From IMG/VR virus record IMGVR_UViG_2734482540_000012: DNA of 5,350 bases; one strand, written 5' to 3'. The notes under the pieces are model-generated. The model worked only from the letters and a program-made list of their open reading frames with translations. It did no database searches and had not been told where the DNA came from. A program made the translations under genes and the position numbers. Source of the DNA: a virus. Lineage: Duplodnaviria > Heunggongvirae > Uroviricota > Caudoviricetes. Position 1 is the stretch's first letter; every line of letters begins with the position of its first letter. Below are positions 1-5,350 of this stretch, piece by piece.

Positions 1-55
1 GTCTGGGGAATATCTCCCCGGCAGCCTTCAGGGAAAAATATCATCAGATGGCTGC

Positions 56-244
56 TTAAAAAAAGAACAAATGGTAGTGTCCGCTATTGCCAGTACACCT
101 CAGGGTATAAGGGGTTATGGCCACCGGACTACCAAACGGCTGCCAGCCCTCTTTCAGTTTATGTGTCAGCTTTTCCGCAAGATCTGACGGCGGCGCCGCC
201 CTGACAACATCATAGTGTTTAAATGCCATGGTTCTTTCCACCAT
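56..244 (-). CDS. small hypothetical protein, phage-associated (KEGWQPFG core; possibly DUF1737-like, family name from memory)
   Basis: Minus-strand ORF with in-frame ATGs at 244 and 229. The ATG at 229 (MAFKHYDVV...) follows GGTGGAAAGA, a possible weak SD, so the true start may be 229. Central motif ...KLKEGWQPFGSPVAI... resembles small prophage proteins I recall; no search possible. Confidence 0.4.
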   Translation of the reverse strand: MVERTMAFKHYDVVRAAPPSDLAEKLTHKLKEGWQPFGSPVAITPYTLRCTGNSGHYHLFFF

Positions 245-489
245 CTGAAAAATAATTCTTTAAAATACCTGACATGTAATACAGAAAAAACACAAAACCA
301 TACCTTAAATAAAAACCTGATTATCAAGCAGATATGCATGGATAAACTACAAGACGAGATATAAACCACCCTGCATTTAAATAAACAATAAACAACATCA
401 GAAAAATAATTCTGCTCTATGGTTTACATTCAAAAATATCATTTATACTTTTCAGAACATCACCAGCAAGGCATAAACAAGGAAACTAA

Positions 490-825
490 ATGAAGTGGAT
501 TGTGATTGATACAGTTATCCAGCCATCATGCGGAATATCTTTTTCAGTCATATGGAGTAAAATAAAATTAATAATCTGGTATCAATCGGATGCTTTCTTA
601 CCTCCTGAAAGTATATTTACACTGACTCACACAGGCATCATGCTCAATAACAAAGTGCTACCTGTAACCATTTACAACGTAGTACCATTCAATAAAACAT
701 TCTGGAATTCAATCAAAAATAGCCAGGAATGCCCTACAAATACAGATAACGTATTGAATGAATGCTTTAATAACCGTTGCACTCTGCAAATATGTCCTTA
801 TGGACTAAAACAACAAAGTCCATAA
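490..825 (+). CDS. hypothetical protein, AT-rich orphan, Cys-rich C-terminus
   Basis: ATG at 490 preceded by AAGGA (479-483) with a 6-nt spacer. 111 codons in visibly low-GC sequence, including 6 ATA codons. Four Cys in the last ~30 residues ([26 protein letters not shown]). Possible sigma70-like elements upstream (TTTACA at about 425-430). No family recognised. Confidence 0.4.
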   Translation: MKWIVIDTVIQPSCGISFSVIWSKIKLIIWYQSDAFLPPESIFTLTHTGIMLNNKVLPVTIYNVVPFNKTFWNSIKNSQECPTNTDNVLNECFNNRCTLQICPYGLKQQSP

Positions 826-860
826 GGAGTTTACTCACATCTGACAAAATCAATATAAAC

Positions 861-880
861 AGCCCCTCCGGAGAGGGGCT
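861..880 (-). terminator. GC-rich hairpin (8-bp stem AGCCCCTC/GAGGGGCT, 4-nt loop); candidate minus-strand intrinsic terminator
   Basis: Perfect 8-bp stem seen directly. On the minus strand it is followed by GTTTATATTGATTTTG (T-rich). On the plus strand it is followed by GGAGAGTGGCGC (no T-tract), so termination is plausible only for leftward transcription. Confidence 0.3.
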
Positions 881-1272
881 GGAGAGTGGCGCTATGTGCC
901 ATTGCATGGTGCCGGGTGCCTCCCGGTGAATTCAGTACCAGCACCTGAATCCGCGATTATCCCATATACCTACTCGCTGATTGCCCCTCCGCACAGGGGG
1001 ATTCACCATGCCAGTTTCTTTTAACAAACTCCCCGCAAACCAGACAACAGTCAACCGCCTGAATTGTGAAGTATTTAAAAATTTCTCCCGCTAACTGATA
1101 CCCGGCTAACAGTCTGGCGTTTTCTTTTTCAGCAACGGGAAAGCAACAACCACCACACCCGCCACCAGCACACCGTCAGCCAGCACTGACATTATCCGGC
1201 TGCTGCAATGCCATTCACAAAAACAGTAAGCAATCACTTTTTACCGTAACAGGTGATAATCCAGATATGTAT

Positions 1273-1599
1273 CTACCCCAGATGAGTAATCCGAAGTTCA
1301 TCCATACCACAGGTCCTGGCTATTCTGTTGTACTCCTGAACAAGAGCAAATAATTCTGAATTAGCAACCATGAACTCATCGCAAACCCTCTGTATAGCAT
1401 CACTATTCAGAATAATAACGTCTCTTCCCGAAAGACGATCAGGAGTACAGAACAAAACTGTCAAACGGCTGAAGGCCTTTGCTCGTGCTGCATTGACTAT
1501 ATCAATACGCTGCCTAAGGATGAAACACCCCGACGCCTCATCAATATTCACTCTACCCACACCATATGAATGATAAATATTTAATGCTGAAAAAACCAT
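1273..1599 (-). CDS. hypothetical protein in the cargo position downstream of the phage tRNAs
   Basis: Minus-strand ORF; the track's longest form starts at a TTG (1626), first ATG is at 1599 (MVFSALNIYHSYG...). No convincing SD. 108 codons from the ATG include 3 AGA, 3 AGG and 3 ATA. Could be a remnant or non-coding; no family recognised. Confidence 0.35.
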   Translation of the reverse strand: MVFSALNIYHSYGVGRVNIDEASGCFILRQRIDIVNAARAKAFSRLTVLFCTPDRLSGRDVIILNSDAIQRVCDEFMVANSELFALVQEYNRIARTCGMDELRITHLG

Positions 1600-1736
1600 T
1601 AGACCGTATAACAAACACTCAATCAATACTTAACAGAACTTTTATTTTTGACAAACATAAAATATTTTCAACAATATCCTGAGCCAGGTATATTTCAGTA
1701 TAAGGCTCTGCCGGAAGGAATCTGGAAGAATGAATA

Positions 1737-1813
1737 TGGCGCGCTGTACTGGATTCGAACCAGTGACCGATTGCTTAGAAGGCAATTGCTCTGTCCGGCT
1801 GAGCTAACAACGC
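1737..1813 (-). tRNA. tRNA-Arg (anticodon UCU), CCA encoded
   Basis: Reverse complement reads GCGTTGT-TA-GCTC-AGCCGGACA-GAGC-A-ATTGC-CTTCTAA-GCAAT-CGGTC-ACTGG-TTCGAAT-CCAGT-ACAGCGC-G-CCA. 7-bp acceptor stem (one G.U), 4-bp D stem, 5-bp anticodon stem, loop CTTCTAA gives anticodon TCT, canonical TTCGAAT T-loop, encoded CCA. Resembles E. coli argU as I recall it; argN/argO-type phage tRNA. Confidence 0.9.
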
Positions 1814-1913
1814 TGAATACCGATAATGGACCGCCATCGGGGACCCGCCCCCGCACCAACAACCCTGTTATCGTGTCGTCTGCTCTTCCTGATAAGCTAA
1901 TGGCGGTTTGTGA

Positions 1914-1989
1914 TGGTGGCCCTTGCTGGATTTGAACCAGCGACCTGGCGATTATGAGTCGCTCGCTCTCACCACTGAGCTAAAGGGCC
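1914..1989 (-). tRNA. tRNA with CAU anticodon, most likely tRNA-Ile2 (lysidine, ileX/ileZ-like) rather than tRNA-Met
   Basis: Reverse complement reads GGCCCTT-TA-GCTC-AGTGGTGA-GAGC-G-AGCGA-CTCATAA-TCGCC-AGGTC-GCTGG-TTCAAAT-CCAGC-AAGGGCC-A-CCA. Full cloverleaf with one A.C mismatch at 27:43. Anticodon CAT. Very close to the E. coli ileX sequence as I recall it, and Stx-type lambdoid phages carry ileZ here. Ile versus Met cannot be settled from the anticodon alone. Confidence 0.85.
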
Positions 1990-2024
1990 GGGAGCAGAAT
2001 AATAACGGTCCGTAATTAATTCCG

Positions 2025-2052
2025 CAATAAAAAACCCGCTCGGCGGCGGGTT
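2025..2052 (-). terminator. rho-independent terminator downstream of the Q-like gene (tR'-like)
   Basis: Minus-strand RNA would be AACCCGC-CGCCGA-GCGGG followed by UUUUUUAUUG. GC stem pairs 2035-2039 with 2046-2050 (extendable by two A.U pairs), and a 6-U run is encoded by plus-strand A's 2029-2034. Lies about 40 nt after the Q stop and about 35 nt before the tRNA-Ile 5' end. Confidence 0.55.
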
Positions 2053-2091
2053 GTAGAAACTCTTCTAACGTCAGGCATAAAACGCCCATAG

Positions 2092-2946
2092 TTATGACGA
2101 ATTTACCACAGATTCCGGAAAAATCAACCTAGTTACCTTTTTTAACTGCCGCTCAGCCCATGCTTCTTCAATATCAAACCGAGTCACCAGCGCATCATAG
2201 AATTTCTTAACTGTTTTTTCCCATGACGCGCGTGTTATCTGGTTTGTCACCTCGCATATAGCATTAAATGCCTCCGTTGATGGTAGTCTTTCATAGCCAC
2301 GACCACCACAACGCTGGCAGTCTCTGATAACAGGCATACCACGTTTTACCGACTCTTCACGATGAATGGCGACACCACGCCCACGGCAATCCTTACAGGC
2401 GGTGGAAACCTCACCCTTTCCGCCACACTCCGGACAGGCAACTTTTACCACCTCCCTGACTTTTTTCCATTCTTCCCAGTAAGACGGATACACACCTTTC
2501 GTACACTTTGCCCATACCGGCGGCTTACCATCCGGATACTGGACCTTGTTTGTAAAAACTACGCTTTCAATAAATTTTTCCCCATAGCAACAAGGGCACT
2601 GCTTTTTACTCGCTGCGCTGCGGGCATAATCCTCAAAAGCGTACGAAGCCATAATGCGCATCACTACCGGTTTTATTTCTGCCGGAAGTTTTCTCAACGC
2701 CGCCACACGATCGCACCGACTGAGTGCATAATCTGCCAGTAATTCTGTTGCCCGCGCCCTGTCATTCATACTGATGCCCATTTTCCCCAGGAACGCAGAA
2801 AACCCCATCTCAGCCCGATTCTGTGTCATGCCCTGCGCGGCCATCACATCAGTGATACTCAGCGCATCTTTTGACGTTGAGGCCGATGCATCGGTCAGGC
2901 AAGGGGATTTTGGGGAGTAGTATTTCGGTAAATCTTCCAGTTTCAT
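2092..2946 (-). CDS. putative late antiterminator Q-family protein with DnaJ-type CxxCxGxG zinc-finger repeats
   Basis: 284-aa ORF. Its ATG overlaps the rusA stop (ATGA). It sits immediately downstream of rusA and upstream of terminator and phage tRNAs, the canonical Q position. Contains CPCCYGEK, CPECGGKG, CKDCRGRG and CQRCGGRG. Family assignment from context and memory, no search. Confidence 0.7.
   Translation of the reverse strand: MKLEDLPKYYSPKSPCLTDASASTSKDALSITDVMAAQGMTQNRAEMGFSAFLGKMGISMNDRARATELLADYALSRCDRVAALRKLPAEIKPVVMRIMASYAFEDYARSAASKKQCPCCYGEKFIESVVFTNKVQYPDGKPPVWAKCTKGVYPSYWEEWKKVREVVKVACPECGGKGEVSTACKDCRGRGVAIHREESVKRGMPVIRDCQRCGGRGYERLPSTEAFNAICEVTNQITRASWEKTVKKFYDALVTRFDIEEAWAERQLKKVTRLIFPESVVNSS
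2100..2127 (-). promoter_or_regulatory. candidate late promoter (pR'-like) overlapping the 3' end of the Q-like gene
   Basis: Minus-strand TTGATT (plus 2122-2127), 16-nt spacer, TAAATT (plus 2100-2105). A start near the Q stop codon would give a short roughly 50-60 nt transcript ending at the 2025-2052 terminator, analogous to lambdoid pR'-qut-tR'. Pattern match only. Confidence 0.2.
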
Positions 2947-3317
2947 TTTTTGACCTGCTCTTCATGCATTATGGGGTAAATCTTCACCCCCAGACGTCCA
3001 CCAGATACTGGCTGACCACGAACGATATTGATTTCATCAAACTGCTCATCGTCCATTAACACTCCCGCATGTGTCAGTGCATCCAGTGGTGCTTTCAGGA
3101 TATTGTCCAGGTCACGACGGCGCTTATCCGGTGGCTCTGCAATAATCTTTATCGCCAGTCTTCCGGACAGGCTTAATTTCAGTCGCTGCTGACGGACAAT
3201 AAGCGCCACATCCCGGCGATAACGCTCACCGGCTTTTGATACAAAATATGTGTTGTCACGACGTCGCCAGTAAGTATTCACCGTCGGCGGATAAGGTAAA
3301 ATAAACTCATGGCGCAT
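2943..3317 (-). CDS. rusA: RusA-family Holliday junction resolvase (crossover junction endodeoxyribonuclease)
   Basis: 124 aa. Shares the LPxPPxxNxYxR N-terminal motif, the PDxRRRDLDNxxKAxxDALTxAG catalytic core and the C-terminal GGRL motif with E. coli RusA as I recall it. Start overlaps the upstream ORF stop (ATGA) and its stop overlaps the Q-like start. Confidence 0.9.
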   Translation of the reverse strand: MRHEFILPYPPTVNTYWRRRDNTYFVSKAGERYRRDVALIVRQQRLKLSLSGRLAIKIIAEPPDKRRRDLDNILKAPLDALTHAGVLMDDEQFDEINIVRGQPVSGGRLGVKIYPIMHEEQVKK

Positions 3318-3559
3318 CAGCGCAGCACCTCCTGCACCAGTTTTTCAAACTTTCCGACTCTGGTTTCCAGCTCTGCCACACAGTCCACCAGCTCATCTAC
3401 TGCTTTCTGTGCGCGATGCTTCGCCTGCATCAGTTCCCGAAGCGCGGGTACCATATCTTTACGGATAGCGTCTTTTGTTATGCCCGTTTTTTCGAGTTGT
3501 TCAGCATGACGCAGCATTTCCTGCGCGTGTTTACGCAATTGTTCAGGGGTAAAAGTCAT
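3317..3559 (-). CDS. hypothetical nin-region protein, predicted coiled-coil, translationally coupled to rusA
   Basis: Minus ORF; first ATG at 3559 (MTFTPEQLRKHAQEML...), with an alternative TTG at 3574. Stop TGA overlaps the rusA ATG. Charged, helical-looking sequence. No family recognised. Confidence 0.5.
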   Translation of the reverse strand: MTFTPEQLRKHAQEMLRHAEQLEKTGITKDAIRKDMVPALRELMQAKHRAQKAVDELVDCVAELETRVGKFEKLVQEVLR

Positions 3560-3694
3560 TGTCTGGTTGTTCAAAAGAAACGCTCCATCTTACTGCTGTC
3601 AGTTCGTTTATTACTGTATCTGCGCGGATTGCCGGGCTTCATGGGAGTGGAAAGCACCCGTGCACTTTCCTGGTCCACAGGCAGAAAATGTCCG

Positions 3695-3850
3695 TAGACT
3701 GGCCCCCTGAATCTCCAGACAACCAGTATCACTTAAATAAGTGATAGTCTTAATACTAGTTTTTAGACTAGTCATTGGAGTACAGATGATTGATGTCTTA
3801 GGGCCGGAGAAACGCAGACGGCGTACCACACAGGAAAAGATCGCAATTGT
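3695..3850 (+). mobile_element. IS2 left-end fragment (positions 1-156 of IS2, including IRL and the first 21 codons of insC)
   Basis: Begins TAGACTGGCCCCCTGAATCTCC, the IS2 left terminus as I recall it. All 156 bp are identical to 4361..4516 in this window. Identity stops abruptly after GCAATTGT at 3850. Confidence 0.85.
3786..3850 (+). pseudogene. insC: insC remnant (first ~21 codons of IS2 OrfA, then read-through into IS21-family sequence)
   Basis: ATG at 3786 is at the same offset (+91) from the IS2 terminus as the insC ATG at 4452 in the second copy. Encodes [22 protein letters not shown], then diverges. Confidence 0.6.
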
Positions 3851-4394
<544 letters not shown>

Positions 4395-4451
4395 TCACTT
4401 AAATAAGTGATAGTCTTAATACTAGTTTTTAGACTAGTCATTGGAGTACAG

Positions 4452-4817
4452 ATGATTGATGTCTTAGGGCCGGAGAAACGCAGACGGCGTACCACACAGG
4501 AAAAGATCGCAATTGTTCAGCAGAGCTTTGAACCGGGGATGACGGTCTCCCTCGTTGCCCGGCAACATGGTGTAGCAGCCAGCCAGTTATTTCTCTGGCG
4601 TAAGCAATACCAGGAAGGAAGTCTTACTGCTGTCGCCGCCGGAGAACAGGTTGTTCCTGCCTCTGAACTTGCTGCCGCCATGAAGCAGATTAAAGAACTC
4701 CAGCGCCTGCTCGGCAAGAAAACGATGGAAAATGAACTCCTCAAAGAAGCCGTTGAATATGGACGGGCAAAAAAGTGGATAGCGCACGCGCCCTTATTGC
4801 CCGGGGATGGGGAGTAA
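4452..4817 (+). CDS. insC: IS2 transposase OrfA (InsC), helix-turn-helix DNA-binding component
   Basis: ATG at 4452 ([41 protein letters not shown]...), stop TAA at 4815-4817. Matches IS2 InsC from memory. The ORF track begins earlier at an in-frame GTG (4407). Confidence 0.9.
4769..4775 (+). other. A AAA AAG slippery heptamer: programmed -1 ribosomal frameshift site giving the OrfAB (InsCD) fusion transposase
   Basis: AAAAAAG at 4769-4775 near the end of insC, where the insD frame opens (GTG at 4775). A6G motifs are the established frameshift signal of IS3-family elements. Confidence 0.6.
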
Positions 4818-5289
4818 GCTTAGTCAGCCGTTGTCTCCGGGTGTCGCGTGCGCAGTTGCACGTCATTCTCAGACGAACCGATGACTGGATGGATGGCCGC
4901 CGCAGTCGTCACACTGATGATACGGATGTGCTTCTCCGTATACACCATGTTATCGGAGAGCTGCCCACGTATGGTTATCGTCGGGTATGGGCGCTGCTTC
5001 GCAGACAGGCAGAACTTGATGGTATGCCTGCGATCAATGCCAAACATGTTTACCGGATCATGCGCCAGAATGCGCTGTTGCTTGAGCGAAAACCTGCTGT
5101 ACCGCCATCGAAACGGGCACATACAGGCAGAGTGGCCGTGAAAGAAAGCAATCAGCGATGGTGCTCTGACGGGTTCGAGTTCTGCTGTGATAACGGAGAG
5201 AGACTGCGTGTCACGTTCGCGCTGGACTGCTGTGATCGTGAGGCACTGCACTGGGCGGTGACTATCGGCGGCTTCAACAGTGAAACAGT
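4775..5289 (+). pseudogene. insD: IS2 transposase OrfB (InsD), 3'-truncated (about 171 of about 301 codons retained)
   Basis: Frame encodes [21 protein letters not shown]...[22 protein letters not shown] (track shows M at the GTG), then leaves IS2 at 5289 and ends SAPVI-stop at 5308. The InsD region downstream of ...NSETV (in my recollection of IS2, continuing ...QDVMLGAVERRF... and the DDE catalytic region) is absent from the window. Confidence 0.85.
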
Positions 5290-5350
5290 GTCAGCGCCAG
5301 TGATATAAGACGGTAATTCGCCATTTGGATTGTCCGCTCCACCCAACATG

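Noticed and set aside
166-369. 67-aa minus-strand ORF overlapping the 56..244 ORF in another frame
   Set aside because: Low-complexity translation of AT-rich intergenic DNA; overlaps the better-supported small ORF and the divergent promoter region.
840-1010. Retron msr/msd-like ncRNA
   Set aside because: Multiple hairpins suggested it, but there is no reverse transcriptase ORF anywhere in the window and no flanking a1/a2 inverted repeats that I could identify.
1370-1573. 67-aa plus-strand ORF with ATG start, antisense to 1273..1599
   Set aside because: No SD, and transcription would run head-on into the tRNAs. The minus-strand frame is longer and co-oriented with the late operon, though neither is certain.
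1649-1680. Plus-strand promoter with perfect TTGACA -35 box
   Set aside because: No acceptable -10 hexamer at 16-18 bp spacing, and it would drive transcription antisense into the tRNA genes.
1814-1913. Third tRNA gene (argN-like) between the two tRNAs
   Set aside because: No cloverleaf could be built by eye: no T-loop consensus and no acceptor-stem pairing. Reported only as a possible decayed slot.
1648-1935. 95-aa plus-strand ORF from the six-frame track
   Set aside because: It runs antisense across both tRNA genes and the spacer; it is an artefact of the tRNA-dense region with no RBS.
2362-2742. 126-aa plus-strand ORF
   Set aside because: Entirely antisense within the Q-like gene, which has far better contextual support (ATGA coupling, zinc-finger motifs).
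2871-3059. 62-aa plus-strand ORF spanning the rusA/Q junction
   Set aside because: Antisense to two well-supported coupled genes; no start context.
3309-3829. Cluster of overlapping ORFs (3309..3509 +, 3416..3697 +, 3559..3744 +, 3611..3829 -)
   Set aside because: Mutually overlapping, low-complexity translations, antisense to the nin ORF or crossing the prophage/IS2 junction; no RBS or homology signal.
5152-5349. 65-aa minus-strand ORF at the right edge
   Set aside because: Only the first ~20 codons lie outside IS2; the rest reads antisense through insD. Kept only as a breakpoint observation, not as a gene.

Overview
The window is a three-part mosaic, read without any database search. (1) 1737..3574 is the late-regulatory end of a lambdoid prophage on the minus strand: a small nin-region ORF, rusA, a Q-like antiterminator with DnaJ-type zinc-finger repeats, an intrinsic terminator, then tRNA-Ile(CAU) and tRNA-Arg(UCU). 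(2) 1..~1736 is AT-rich cargo sitting where Stx phages carry stx, with three uncharacterised ORFs and a GC-richer multi-hairpin non-coding block. (3) 3695..5289 is a nested insertion-sequence scar: a 156-bp IS2 left-end fragment, a 3' fragment of an IS21-family element with truncated istB, and a second IS2 copy (insC plus the start of insD) that breaks off at 5289. No CRISPR array, rRNA or recognisable complete defence or toxin system was found. The best candidate for something undescribed is the cargo slot downstream of the tRNAs; its ORFs are unusually rich in exactly the rare codons those tRNAs decode. Family assignments and IS2 comparisons are from memory of reference sequences and are unverified.
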